The notes: a model not told the origin generated them from the letters alone. 64,000 nt of DNA from Anaeramoeba ignava BMAN (GCA_028826165.1 JAPDFW010000044.1:496001-560000), one strand, 5' to 3'; shown: positions 23,606 through 38,391, counted from the first letter of the stretch. Made by a program: numbers and translations.

Positions 23606-26278
23606 AGATAAAGATAAAGATAAACATAAGCATCGCCATAATAAAGAAAAAGATAAAGAAGATAAAGAAAAAGATAAAGAAGATAAAGATAAAGAAAAGA
23701 AAAGATAAAGAAAAAGAAAAAGATAAAAAAGATAAAGATAAAGATAAAGAAAAGAGAAAAAGATAAAGATAAAGAAAAAGATAAAGAAAAAGATAAAGAA
23801 AAAGATAAAGAAAAAGATAAAGAAAAAGATAAAGAAGATAAAGAAAAAGATAAAGAAGATAAAGATAAAGATAAAGATAAACATAAACATAAACATCGCC
23901 ATAATAAACATAAACATAAGAATCGCCATAATCGAGATAAAGATAAAAAAGATCCTAAAAAAGATCCTAAAAAAGATCCTAAAAAAGATTCTAAAAAAGA
24001 TCCTAAAAAAGATCCTAAAAAAGATTCTAAAAAAGATCCTAAAAAAGATCCTAAAAAAGATCCTAAAAAAGATCCTAAAAAAGATCCTAAAAAAGATCCT
24101 AAAATAGACGAAAAAGAAGATGAACAAGAAACTCTAGATACACAACGACTTTCACTTTACATAAAAAAGAAAAATAATGAATTAATTTTGAAAAAAAAAT
24201 ATTCAAGACTTCCAAAATTTGCACTTGAATTAAAATCAACACTTTTTGATCCAAAACGTCAACAAGATCTAAAAGTAGAAACAGGAACTAAATCACAACC
24301 TAAACTAGAAAATAAAGAAAATAAAACAGAAAAAGAAAAAGAAAATAAAAAACAATCTAAAAAACAAACAGAAAAAGAAAAAGAAAAAGAAAAAGAAAAA
24401 GAAAAAGAAACTAGAATAAATTCATTTCATTTATTTGAATCAATTTTAAAAGCTCGATTATCATTAAACAAAAATGAAGACCTACAAAAGAAAAAATTCA
24501 TAAATCAAAATTATTATGTTGCACAAAAGTTTTTTGAATATATTTATACTGGATATTTTGATCTTCCTGTTGTTGATCCTAATCCTAATGAAAAATATTT
24601 TTCTGATATTATTAAAAATCAATATTCAAATGATGTTAGTTATTATGATATTAAAATGGAATCATCATTCATTTTAACTTGCCAATTATATTGTTTATTC
24701 AAAGATTTTTCTCTTACTGAACCTTGTTTAAGATGCCAAAATTACATTCTAGACGAACTTGAAAGAAAACAATTTATTCATTTAGATATTAAAAATCAAA
24801 ATCAAAATCAAAATCAAAATCAAAATCAAAATCAAAATCAAAATGAAAATCAAAATCAAAATCAAAATGAAAATCAAAATCAAAATCAAAATCAAAATCA
24901 AAATCAAAATCAAAATCAAAATCAAAATCAAAATGAAAATGAAAATCAAAATCATTTAATTAAAAACAATGCATTAAGTAAATTGAAATATATCAAAAGT
25001 TTGAATAAAAATGATCTTACAGAACTTGCTATGAATATTATTGATAAGCAAATTGAAGAAATTATTATCAATCAAGATTATTTACTTATTGGAGATGATG
25101 ATCTTCGAGAAATTCTTCAAAGAAATACATTGAATATCTCAAGAGAAATTTTCCTTTTTAAAATGGTTTTTGATTATGTAACGAAAAAATATCCAAATAT
25201 AGTCCATCTAAATGAAAATGATCAAAAAAAAGATGATCAAAAAAAAGATGATCAAAAAAAAGATGATCAAAAAAAAGATGATCAAAAAAAAGACGATCCA
25301 AAAATATCATTGAATAATAAATCAAGAGATTTGTTGAATAACACTTTCCTGAATCACATTCGATTTGGATCAATGGATATTGAAGATATTGAATTTATTC
25401 GTGAAAAACAAATATTTTTAGAAAAAGATGATGAAAAGATTAATGATATTTTAGATTTTATTGAAAACTCTATTGATGGATATCATGAAGATAATAAAAT
25501 AATAATCGAAAAATATAAAAATAAAAATGAAAGTGAAAGTGAAAGTGAAAATGAAAATGAAAGTGAAAGTGAAAATGAAAATAAAAATGAAAATCAAAAT
25601 CAAAATCAAAATCAAACAGTTGATTGGTTTAAAAGCAAAAGATATTTTTTTGACGAGAAATTATTTGATTTAACAAAAGAATTAAATTTGGAATCAAATT
25701 TAATCAAAATTGAAAAATTAAATTTACCAATTACAAAAAATTGCTTTTTTGCAACTTATGATTCAGTTATATTAAAATGGATTGATAAAGAAATTTGTGA
25801 TAAATTAAAACTACAATTTGTTTCAGATTCAAATGATAATTATAGTTGCAAAGAATTTCATGAAATTTGCGATAATCAAGGACCAATAGTTGTTATTATT
25901 AAAACTGGAGGATATATTTTTGGAGGATTTAGTTCAGTTGGTTGGATTAAAAATCAAAATCAAAATCAAAATCCTTATTTTATTGAAGATGATAAAGCTT
26001 TTCTTTTTACTCTCAAATCATACAATAAAGAACAACAAATCTTGAAGGTAATTCCTGAACAAAAAGAAACAGCATTAGTTTATTATTCAAAAAGAGGTCC
26101 AATTTTTGGAGATGGTTGGGATTTATCAATTTCTGGTAATTTGAAAAGTGGATTTTCTAATTTGGGATTAAATTATCAACTTCCAGATGATATTCAATAT
26201 AATTCAAAAAAAGCAAAAGGTTTCTTTACTAATCGATATGGAGAATGGAAAATTAAAAGAATTGAAGTTTATTTTTAA
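23420..26278 (+). CDS. BTB-BACK-TLDc protein, copy 1 (intron 23428-23581; frameshift in the KD repeat)
   Basis: ATG GAA AA|gt..actaat..ag|T AAA; KD/KKDP repeats; BTB (FFEYIYTG), BACK (HIRFGSM), TLDc (FHEICDNQGP..IFGGF..GPIFGDGWDL..IEVYF). Confidence 0.85.
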
Positions 26279-26570
26279 AACTTTATCAATTTAATTTTCC
26301 TTTTTTCTTTTTTTAATTCTTTTTCTTTTTTTAATTTCAATTCAATTCAAAAACAGGAAAAAAAAAATTTAAATAAAAAAAAAGAAAAAATTTAATTAAT
26401 TTTTTATTTAAATTTTTTTTAAATTAAAAAAAAAGAAGGAAAAATAAATTTTTTTTGCTTTTTTTTTTTTCATTTTTTTCCTTTTTTATTTTCCATTTAA
26501 AAACAAAACAAAACTTTTTTAAAATTTAAATATAATTTTAAATTCATTTTAAAAAGAGAAAATAAAAGAA

Positions 26571-28869
26571 ATGGAAAAGTTAATATTTTAAAAAATACAC
26601 AAAATACATTTAAAATATATTTTTATTTTTAAAAAAAAAAGATAATTTAATATTTTTTCAATTCCAAATTTTTATTTTTAAAAACTAAAAACTAATTTTC
26701 CTTTTTTAATTTTTTTAATTTTTAATTTTTAGTAAAAAATCAAAAGAGCATCATAAAAGACATCAAAAAAAAGATGATAAAAAAAATAGCAATAAAAAAA
26801 ATAGCAATAAAAAGAATAGCAATAAAAAGAATAGCAATAAAAAGATGACAATAAAAAGAATAGCAATAAAAAAGATGATAATAAAAATAATAATAATAAT
26901 AATAATCAAAATAATCAAAATAATCAAAATCAAAATCAAAATGAAAATCACTTAAATTCAGAAAGATCTTCAATTACAAAAAAAAAGAAAAATAATGAAG
27001 CAATTTTCAAAAAAAAATATTCAAGACTTCCAAAATTTGCACTTGAATTAAAATCAACACTTTTTGATCCAAAACATCAACAAGATCAAGAAATAAAAGC
27101 ACGTACAAAAAAAGAAACGAAAAAAGAATCAAAAAAGCAATCCAAAAAAAAAAGTAAAAAAGACATTCAAAAACGAATCCTAACGGAAACAGAAACGGAA
27201 ACAAAAACAGAAACGGAAACAGAAACAGAAACTCAAACAGAACCAAAAAATTCATTTCATTTATTTTCAACAATTTTGCAATCTCGACTTCCTAATAATG
27301 AAATTTTACAAAAAAACATGGAAAAATTAGGAAATCCAAATTATTATGTTTTACGAGCATTTTTAGAATATGTTTATACTGGATATTTTAGTCTTCCTGT
27401 TTTCGATCCTAATCCTGATATCAAAGTTAATACTTTTCAAAACCAATATCCAAAAAATGCTAATTATCATGATATTAACATGGAATATTCTTTCATTTTA
27501 ACTTGCCAATTATATTGTTTATTCAAAGATTTTTCTCTTGATGAACCTTGTTTAAGATGCCAAAATTACATTCTAAATGAACTTGAAACAAAAGAATTTA
27601 TTCATTTTGATATTCTAAATCAAAAATCAAAAACAAAATCAAAAATCAAAATCAAAATCAAAACCAAAATTATTTAATTAAAAATAATGCATTAAGTAAA
27701 TTGCCACTTATGAGAAGTTTTGATAGAAAAGATCTTACAGAACTTGCTATGCATGCTATTGATAAACAAATTGAAGATATTATTAGTAATCAAGATTATT
27801 TACTTATTGGAGATGAGGATCTTCTAGAAATTATCAAAAGAGATACATTGAATATTTCAAATGAATTCGATCTTTTTAAAATGGTTTTTGATTATTCGAT
27901 CAGGAAATATCCAAATATAGTCCATCAAAAAAAAGATGATCAAAAAAAAGATGATCAAAAAAAAGACGATCCAAAAATATCATTGAATGATAAATCAAGA
28001 GATTTGTTGAATAACACTTTCCTGAATCACATTCGATTTGGATCAATGGGTATTGAAGATATTGAATTTATTCGTGAAAAAACAAATATTTTTAGAAAAA
28101 GGTGATGAAAAGATTAATGATATTTTAGATTTTATTGAGAACTTTGCTGATGGAGATAATAAAGATAATATAAGAATAATCCAAAAATATCAAAATCAAA
28201 AAATTGATTGGTTTAAAAGCAAAAGACATTTTTTTGACGAGAAATTATTTGATTTAACAAAAGAATTAAATTTGGAATCAAATTTAATCAAAATTGAAAA
28301 ATTAAATTTACCAATTACAAAAAATTGCTTTTTTGCAACTTATGATTCAGCTATATTAAAATGGATTGATAAAGAAATTTGTGATAAATTAAAACTACAA
28401 TTTGTTTCAGATTCAAATGATAATTATAGTTGCAAAGAATTTCATGAAATTTGCGATAATCAAGGACCAATAGTTGTTATTATTAAATCCGAAGGATATA
28501 TTTTTGGAGGATTTAGTTCAGTTGGTTGGATTAAAAATCAAAATCAAAATCAAAATCAAAATCCTTATTTTATTGAAGATGATAAAGCTTTTCTTTTTAC
28601 TCTCAAATCAAAAAACGAAGAACAACAAATCTTGAAAGTAATTCCTGAACAAAAAGAAACAGCATTAGTTTATTATTCAAAAAGAGGTCCAATTTTTGGA
28701 GATGGTTGGGATTTATCAATTTCTGGTAATTTGAAAAGTGGATTTTCTAATTTGGGATTAAATTATCAACTTCCAGATGATATTCAATATAATTCAAAAG
28801 AAAGCAAAAAGTTTCTTTACTAATCGACATGGAGAATGGAAAATTGAAAGAATTGAAGTTTATTTTTAA
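26571..28869 (+). CDS. BTB-BACK-TLDc protein, copy 2 (intron 26579-26732; several homopolymer frameshifts)
   Basis: ORFs 27276, 27701 and 28038 are colinear with copy 1. Breaks fall in A-runs, so these are either errors or a young pseudogene. Confidence 0.75.
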
Positions 28870-29043
28870 AACTTTATCAATTTAATTTTCCTTTTTTCTT
28901 TTTTTAATTCTTTTCTTTTTTTAATTTCAAAAAAAAAAATAAAATCAAAAAAATAAAAAAAGTGGATTTTTATTTTAAAACAAGAAAGAAAAATATTATT
29001 TTCAAAAAATTTTCTTTTCATTTTTCTTCTTATTTTAAAAATA

Positions 29044-30850
29044 ATGAAAGGGTTTGTTTTAAAAATTTAAATTTTGAAATGAATAAGAATAAAAATAAAA
29101 ACTAATTCAAATTTTCAAAAAAAAAAATGCAAAAAAAAGGTTAAATACAAAAAGATATGATAGATCTGAAAACTTCACAAAAGATTTCCGACTTTCTTTA
29201 TATAAAAAAGGACTTGGACAAGACGTTGAAATTGTGACAAAAAACGGAACATTTTATGGATATTCAGCAATATTATTAGTTCGTTCAGCATTTCTCGCAA
29301 CACAAATTGAACAAAGCAAGAAAATTCAGACCGAGTATAGTTATGAAGCTGTAAAAGAAGCACTTGAGTTCATCTATACAGGCGAATTTCGGATTCCAAG
29401 TGCAGAAAACAGCAAATCAGGACAAAATCAGTTTGATTTAGCTTGTGAGCTATTTAGTCTTTCAAAAAAATGGATTCTTCCCGAAATCAAATTGCGATGC
29501 CAGAAATATATATCCTCTGATCTAGAACTATTGGAAATAACAAAAGAGACGGAGTTGGAAAATTCAAAGGGTATCAAGAATAAAGCATTGAGTAAATTGG
29601 ACCCGATCCAAAAACTTGAATATGAAGATTTAAAAGAACAAGTACTTAAAGTGGTTGACAAGCAAATGCCCTCAATCATAGCAAACAGAGACTATATCCA
29701 TCTCAAAGACACCGACCTCTCAATGATTCTCCAGAGAAATACTTTGAATATTTCAAGTGAATTGTCACTATTCACAATGATTATTGACTATGCCTGTCAA
29801 GTTTATGATTCTCAATCAGATCCAAATGAACTAACTGACAAAAGAAAAAAGGGTTTAAGGGATAATCTTCTCAATCGCATTCGTTTTGGCTCAATGGATC
29901 TCGACTCCTTTCTTATTGTTGAAAATTATGAGATTCTTACTGAAGATGAAAATAATGACATCGCAGATTATATTGAAATGATTGGTGAAAATAATGAATC
30001 TGGAATAGAAACTATTCTCGATATTTATAAAGAGAAAGATGTCGATTGGTTCAAACCAAAAAGATGCCATCTCGATGACAACTTCGCGAAAGTTCAAAAG
30101 GAACGCCATGATACCCTTCTCAAAGACTTGAAACAATTAAACAAGGAAATTGAACAAGAAGATCCTCTTTATGTTTATTTACCTTATTTGAGAGACAAAC
30201 TCGAAAATATCAATTTGGATGAATTTAAACTTCAATTTGTTTCAGAACCAAAAGATATTTATACTTGCACAGAATTCCATCGTATTTGCGATAACAAAGG
30301 CCCAACAATAGTTCTTATTGAATCGGAAGGCGCGATTTTTGGAGGTTACACTTCGGTTGGCTGGATAACAAAAAAACAGATAAATCAACAAGAAGCGGAA
30401 GAAAAAAAAATTCAAAAAAAAGTTGACAAACAAGATTTTGAAATAGTACAAGATGATGAAAAAAAACCTGAACATGAAAACCAAAACAATACTTCAACTT
30501 CTTTTTTCGACATAAACGAACCAAGATTTGAAAAAATTACTCCTATTGAAGATGATAAAGCTTTTCTTTTTATTCTCAAATCATCCGATAAAGAACAACA
30601 AATCTTGAAAGTAATTCCTGAACAAAAAGAAAATGCATTAGTTTATTATTCAAAAAGAGGTCCAATTTTTGGAGATGGTTGGGATTTGGCAATTTCTGCT
30701 GATTTGAAAAATGGTTATTCTGATTTGGGTTTAACTTATCAACTTCCAGATGGTATTAGACATAAATCAAGATATGCGAAAAGTTTCTTAAATAATCAAT
30801 ATGGGGAATGGAAAATTCAGAGACTTTTAGTTTATTTTCGGGATTATTAA
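29044..30850 (+). CDS. BTB-BACK-TLDc protein, copy 3 (intron 29052-29139)
   Basis: ATG AAA GG|gt..actaat..ag|G TTA joins in frame to the 538-aa ORF; ALEFIYTG, RIRFGSM, FHRICDNKGPT. Confidence 0.88.
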
Positions 30851-31143
30851 ATTTTCCTTTCCTTTTTTTTTTTATTCCAACTAATTTCCAAATTTAATTT
30901 CCAAATTTAATTTTTAATTTTTAATTTAAATTAAAAAGTGGAATTTTTAATTTCATTTTTTTCATTTTTTTTCTTTTAAAAAATTTTAATTTTTTTGCTT
31001 TTTTTTTTTTAATTACTATTACTTGATTGATTTATTGATTTACAAAGTAAATTTTAAATTTTAAATTTTAAATTTTATTTAAAAAAAAAATTTTTTTATT
31101 TTTTTTAATTTTTAAAATAAAAAAAAAAGGAAAAATAAAAAAA

Positions 31144-33290
31144 ATGGAAGAAAAAGAAAAAGAAAAAGAAAAAGGAAAAAAAAAAAAGGAAAAAATAATT
31201 GCAAAAAAAAAATTTACACGAACAAGAAAGTTAGGATTTGAACTTTATCTAACAATATTTAATCCTTACATACAACATAATTTCACAATAATAACGAAAG
31301 AGAAAAAAAAATTATATGTTGATTCAATAATTTTATCAAGTCGTTCACCAGCTTTAAGTGCTCAAATTGATCGGAAAAATCAATTAAAACTTGATAATAA
31401 TTATTTTGTTGTTAAAACTGCTCTTGAATATATTTATACTGATCATTTTCAACTTCCTATTAAAGATTTAGAAGATGATTCTCCTGATTCTTTTGGTTTG
31501 ACTTGTGAATTGTATCAACTTTTTGATAAATGGATTCTTCCAAAAGCAAAATTAAAATGTGAAAATTTTATTCTGGCTGAATTGAGTTATATTGATCCAG
31601 AGTTAATTAGACAAATTGAAGAGAATGAAAGTAAATTTTGAAATTCATTTTGAAATTCATTTTAAAATCAAAATCAAAATCAAAATTAAAATTCATTTTG
31701 AAATAAAAATTAAAATTAAAATTAAAATCAAAATTAAAATTAAATCAAATTTGAAATTAAAATTCATTTTGAAATTATAATTAAAATTAAAATTAAAATT
31801 AAAATTAAAATTAAAATTCATTTTGAAATTAAAATTCATTTTGAAATTAAAATTAAAATTAAAATTCATTTTGAAATTAAAATTTATTTTGAAATTAAAA
31901 TTAAAATTATAATTCATTTTGAAATTAAAATTAAAATTATAATTCATTTTGAAATTAAAATTAAAAAATTTAAAATTCATTTTGAAATTAAAATTCATTT
32001 ATAAAATTCATTTTGAAATTAAAATTAGTTACAAGAGCAGAAGCATTTAGAACTCGAGTTTTACAGAATTTTGATTTTGTCAGAAACATCAGCGATGATC
32101 TTGCTCAAAAAGCATTACACATAATCGATGTTCAATTCCCAACAATTTACCGACTTGAAGATTATCTCCATTTAGATGACATAGATTTTAAAATGATTCT
32201 TCATCGCAACACATTACATATTCCAAGTGAAAAAACACTATTTCATATTGTTGTTAATTATGCATTATACAAATATAACGACAACAAACCAGTTACAAAA
32301 AACGATTCACCTTTTGAAGAAAAAGAAAGCAATGGAAAAAATGAATTGAGAAGAAAATTAAGAGAAAACTTGATAAAATATATTCGATTTGGAGTCATGA
32401 CTATTGAAGAAATGGAAAATGTGAAGGAATATAAGATTTTAACAGACAAGGAAATTGCAGATATTGAAGATTATATTGAAAACAAATCAAAAAAAAAAAG
32501 CAAAATTGCAGCAATTGTTGAAAAATATAACAATCAAGGAAATGAATGGTTTAAAGACAAAAGATTTGATTTCAATCAAGAAATTTATTTGGATCAGAAA
32601 ATGAAAACTTATGTCAAAAGAAATCCAGTTGTTAAACTCGATAAAAAATTGAGTCCAGAAGATATTCTTCATGAAAAAAAAGATTATTTCTCTGATAAAA
32701 TAAAAGAAGAAATTTTGAATAATTTCAAACTTCAATTTGTTTCAACAAAGGATGATAATTTGAATTGCAAAGAATTCCATGAAATTTGTGACAATAAAGC
32801 TCCAATCCTTATTATTATTCAATCAAAAACATGTATTTTTGGTGGATATTCTTCAGTTGGCTGGTTAACAAAAGAAGTTGAAGAAGAAAAGAAAAAAGAA
32901 AAGAAAAGAGAAAAGAAAAGAGAAAAGAAAAGAGAAAGAGAAAAAGAAAAAGAAAAAGAAAAAATCCCTCTTTTTAATGACAAAATGAGATTTATTGAAG
33001 ACGAGGACGCCTTTATCTTTATCATAAAATCCATTAATAATGAACAATATCAATTCAAAATAATTCCAGAAAAAAAAGAAACAGCTTTAGTTTATTATTC
33101 AAAAAGAGGTCCAATTTTTGGAAGAGGTTGGGATTTATCAATTTCTGCTGATTTGAAAACTGGATTTTCGAATTTGGGTTATAATTATCAACTTCCAGAT
33201 CGTATGAAAGTGAAATCAAAAGAAGCTAAGACAATATTCAATGGTCAATATGGAGAATGGAATATTGACAAACTTGAAGTTTATTTTTAA
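31144..33290 (+). CDS. BTB-BACK-TLDc protein, copy 4 (intron 31631-32028)
   Basis: A GT-AG splice joins ORF 31144 to ORF 32013 in frame (..ENE-I-TRAE..). Confidence 0.88.
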
Positions 33291-33294
33291 ATCC

Positions 33295-33730
33295 AAAATT
33301 TTAATTCAGAAAACAATTTAAAATTTAATTCAGAAAACAATTTAAAATTTAATTCAAAAATTAAATTTAAAATTAAATTCAGAAAACAATTTAAAATTAA
33401 ATTCAGAAAACAATTCAAAATTTAATTCAAAATTTAATTCAAAATTTAATTCAAATTTTAATTCAAAATTTAATTTAAAATAAATTTAAAATTTAATTCA
33501 AAATTAATTTAAAATTAAATTCAAATTAAATCCAAAATTAATAAAAAAAATTCAAATTAAATCCAAAATTAAATCCAAAATTAATTCAAAATTTAATTCA
33601 AAATTTAATTTAAAATTAATTCAAAATTTAAATCAAAATTTAATTCAAAAATTAATTCAAAAATTAGTTCAAAATTTAATTCAATTTTTAATTCAAAATT
33701 TAATTCAAAAATTTAATTCAAAATTTAATT
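33295..33730. repeat. (AAAATTTAATTC)n-like minisatellite
   Basis: Directly visible 11-12-bp unit. Confidence 0.85.
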
Positions 33731-33789
33731 TAAAAAAATAAAAAAGTTATTTTTCCGAATTTTCTTTTTCATTTTTTCTTTCTTTTAAA

Positions 33790-35949
33790 ATGCAAAGAAA
33801 TAAAAGGTTTTTTCCAATTTAATTAAATTATAAGAAAATTTAAAAAAAAATTTTGTTAAAATTAACAAGAAAAATATTTTTCCGTTTTTTTTTAAAATAA
33901 AGATTATTTGCAAAAAAATTTACAAGAATAAGAAAATTAAGTATTGAACTTTTTCAAACAATTTTTCAAAAAAATAAAGATTATGACGTTATAATCATAA
34001 CAAAAGGAAGAAAACAATTTTATGTTCATTCAATAATTTTATCAAGTCGTTCAGTAGTTTTAAGTTCTCAAATTGATCGGGAAAATCAATTAAAACTTGA
34101 TAATAATTATTTTGTTGTTAAAACTGCTCTTGAATATATTTATACTGATGATTTTAAACTTCCTATTAAAGATTTAAATAATGATTCTATTGATCCATTT
34201 ATTTTACTTTTTGAATTACTTCGACTTTTTGATAGATGGATTCTTCCAAAAGCAAAATTAAAATGTGAAAATTTTATATTAAGTCAACTTGAAATTGAAA
34301 ATCAAATTGAAATTAAAAATCAAATTGAAATTGAAAATCAAATTGAAATTAAAAATCAAAATCAAAATCAAAATCAAAATCAAAATCAAAATCAAAATCA
34401 AAATCAAAATCAAAATCAAAATCAAAATGAAAATGAAAATGAAATTGAAAGTGAAAATGAAAGTGAAAATGAAAATCAAAGTGAAAATGAAAATGAAAAT
34501 GAAAATGAAAATCAAAATGAAAGTGAAAATGAAAGTGAAAATGAAAATCAAAATGAAAATGAAAATGAAAATGAAAATGAAAATGAAAATGAAAATCAAA
34601 GTGAAAATGAAAATGAAAATGAAAGTGAAAATGAAAGTGAAAATGAAAATGAAAATCAAAGTGAAAGTGAAAATGAAAATGAAAATGAAAATTAAAAATG
34701 AAATTAAAAATGAAATTAAAAATGAAAATATCAAAAATAATACCTTAAGGAGATTACAAGAAATTACAAATCTCGAAGATGGAATTATTATTGAAAAATT
34801 TTACAAAATCATCGACAAACAAATTGAACAAATTATTGCAAATCGAGATTATATACATCTTAAAGATAAAGAAATCACAGAAATTATCAAAAGAGATACA
34901 TTAAATATTTCAAGAGAATTATTGATTTTTTATATGGTTATTGATTTTGCTTTTGTTGTTTATCGGAAAATTGAAGAAAAAGAAACAAAATCTCAAAAAG
35001 TTGAAGTTTCTAAAATTTTTTTGGATAAAAAATCAAAAAGACAATTGAGAAAAAATTTACTTAAAAGAATTCGATTTGGAGCAATGAGTTTGAAAGATTT
35101 TGAAGAAGTATTAAGTTATAATATCATTTCAGAAAAGGAAACTGAATTAATTCAAGATATTGCAGATTTTATTGAAAACAAAATGGATGGATTGTATGAA
35201 GAAAATAAAGAAATATCCAAAAAATATGAAGAAGAAGATGTTGATTGGTTTAAAAATAACAGAAATTTTTTTGATTTGGAATCTTTTGAATCAAATAAAA
35301 AAACCAGAGAAATGCAAATCAACGAAAATATTCAATTGATTTCCCAAAATGTAAATGAAAATTACTTGAATAGGTATAATGTAGCTTTACAACAATGGAT
35401 TGATAAAGAAATTTTGAATAATTTCAAACTTCAATTTATTTCAATAAAGAATGATAATTTGAATTGCAAAGATTTTCATGAAATTTGTGACAATAAAGCT
35501 CCAATACTTATTATTATTGAAGCTCAAGGATCTGTTTTTGGAGGATTTAGTTCAATTGGTTGGACAACAAAAAAAGAAGAAAAAAAAGTGTCAAAATAGA
35601 AAATAAAGAAAATAAAGAAAATAAAGAAAATAAAGAAGAAGAAGTAAGATTTATTAAAGATGATAAAGCTTTTATTTTTGTCCTAAGATCCTTCGATTCA
35701 AAACAACAAATCTTGAAAGTAATTCCTGAAAAAAAGAAAACTGCTTTAATTTATTATTCAAAAAGAGGTCCAATTTTTGGAGATGGTTGGGATTTATCAA
35801 TTTCTGCTGATTTGAAAACTTGTTTTTCTAATTTGGGTTATAATTATCAACTTCCAGATGGTATTAAATATAAATCAAAAGAAGCAAGACTGCTTTTTAC
35901 TGGAAGATATGGAGAATTGGATGTTGAAAGATTTGAAGTTTATTTTTAA
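33790..35949 (+). CDS. BTB-BACK-TLDc protein, copy 5 (intron 33807-33902; frameshifts near 34690 and 35585)
   Basis: MQRNKR|LFAKKFTRIRKL.. is paralogous to copy 4, with a long NQ/ENES tract and a TLDc end ERFEVYF. Confidence 0.8.
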
Positions 35950-36050
35950 ATTTCAAAATTAAATCAAATTAAATTAAATTAAATTAAATTTAAATTTTCA
36001 AAAATATTTTTTTCATTTTTTAATTTTTTAATTTAATTTTAAAATTTAAA

Positions 36051-38391
36051 ATGAATTCTTTAAATGAAAATCAAAATGAAAATGAAAATGAAAATGAAAA
36101 TGAAAATGAAAATGAAAATGAAAATCAATTAGTTTTCTCAGCAAAACTTATTTCTTTAACAAAAATAAATCAAACAAATTCTCAATTTGAAAATATGGGA
36201 AAAGTTATTGTAGCAATTACAGGAATTCCTGATTTATTTAATTATCAAATTATTTTTTATCAAGATAAAAGAAATCCAATCTCAACAATTTTTTTGAATA
36301 AATCCTTTAATTTTCAAGTAAAAATTAAAATTAAAAATATTAAAAAATTTAAAATGATAAAATTTATTTTCTTGTTTTTTTTTAGTCTCAAAACCAAAAT
36401 TTTTTAACTTTTTATGAAGAAAATAATCAAAAATGGATTTTAAATTTTAATAATTCTCAAGATTCTATTGAATTTTCAACTCAACTTGCTTTCATTTTAA
36501 TATTATTAAAAACTCAGATTTTGATTTAGATTTTGATTCAGAAAAATTAATTATTTTGATATTTATTTTGGAAATGATGAAAAAGTTATTGAAGGAACAA
36601 AAATTAGAATTAATTATATTGGATGGATTGTTTTATGATATTTCAAATCCTAAAAATTCAAACCAAATTCGATACAACTTATGAAAAAGAAATTAAATTT
36701 GGATGTCAAATTGGTGATTCAACAATTAGTAAAGGTATAAAATATATAAAATATAAATAAATATTTAAAATATAATATTTATTTTTATATTATTTAGTTT
36801 GGAATTTAGGTCTTCTTGGAATGCAAAAAGGTGGTCAAAGAATAATTTGTTCTCATCCTAAATTTCATTTCCAATATCAATATGAATATGAAAGAATGTT
36901 TAAACAAAAATTTTCAGAAAATTCAGTTATTGTTTATTTTGTTGATTTGAAAGAATTAATCCCATTAAATCAAATTAAAAATGATCAAAATGAATATTAT
37001 TATGATAATTATTTCTCATTTCAACCAACAGAACAAGTCATGCTTGACAAAAATGATCCCTTTCAATTTAATCAATTTAATCAATTTAATCAATTTAATC
37101 AATTTGAACAATTTGATTCAAAAGAATTTCCATTAATTGAAAATATTCAAGAACATGAAAACTTTGAAAATATCCAAAAACATGAAAGTGATGAAAAAAC
37201 TCAAAATAAAATTTATGATAATATTTTCGAAACAGATGAAATTAACAATTTAAACGAAGAAAAAAAACCAAAAGAAATTCCTCAAAAAGAAAAAGAACCA
37301 AAACAAATTTTCATTCAACAAAATTATCCAAAACAACCATTAATGAATATTAATGAAATATTAGATTTACTAATTGATACAAGAAGAAATGGAGTGGATA
37401 GTAAAATTCTTATCAATAGTCTTTCCTTTTCATTTGATTCAATTTCTCAAAAAATTCAACAATTTCTTCATTCAATTCAAAAAATGGAAAATCAAAGTGA
37501 TAAATCAAAAAGAAATCAAAGCTTGAATCAAAAATTGATAATATAACAAATCAACAAACAAATATTGAAAGTCAATATTTACAAATTCAATCCAAAATGG
37601 AAAATCTTTATAAACAATTTGATATCATTGAAGATGAAAGTTATTTTGATTCAATTTCTCAACAAGAAACAAAAGATAAAATGAAAGAATTAGAACAAAG
37701 TATTCATAATTTAAAAGAAGAAAATGAAAAACTCAAAGAAAATGAAGTTCAACTTCAAAATTTTAGATCAATTAATGATTCTAATGAAATTTCAATTCTT
37801 CAAGAAAAATTAGATGAAAAAGATGAAGAAATTTTAGAATTAAAAAAGAAAATTGAAGATATTTCAATTAAATCAAATGAAGAATTTGAATTAAAACAAA
37901 AAGAGTTTGAACAAAAACAAAAAGAATTTGAACTAAAACAAGAAGAATTTGAATTAAAACAAAAAGAATTTGAACAAAAGCAAAAAGAATTTGAATTAAA
38001 TCAAAATCAAAATCAAAATCAAAATCAAAATCAAAATCAAAATCAAAATCAAAATCAAAATCAAAATCAAAATCAAAATCAAAATCAAAATCAAAATCAA
38101 AATCAAAATCAAAATCAAAATCAAAATCAAAATCAAAATCAAAATGAAAATCAAAATCAAAATGATTTATTAAAAGAACGTAAAAGAATGGAAAAAAATA
38201 TAACAAAATTAATGAATTGGATTTTTTTACAATTACAAAAAATTTTTAAAAATGAAGAGAAATATGATGGAAAAACAATTTTAAAAACAAGTGCTGAAAT
38301 TATAAAACATGGAACTACACAATTAGTTTCAAATATTAATCCAAAACAAGAAGAAAATTTAGAAAATAAAAAAGACAAAAAGAAGAATTAA
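36051..38391 (+). CDS. FKBP15-like protein (PH/WH1-like domain, FKBP domain, coiled coil); introns 36318-36385 and 36735-36797
   Basis: ENMGKVIVAITG..YQIIFY..; GTKIRINYIGW..IGDSTISK|WNLGLLGMQKGGQRII..; long coiled coil; some homopolymer frameshifts. Confidence 0.7.

Noticed and set aside
23420-38391. Programmed frameshifting or mass pseudogenisation of host genes
   Set aside because: The breaks lie mostly in A/T homopolymers or repeats and also affect the essential NOC3 gene, so long-read indel error is the simpler explanation.
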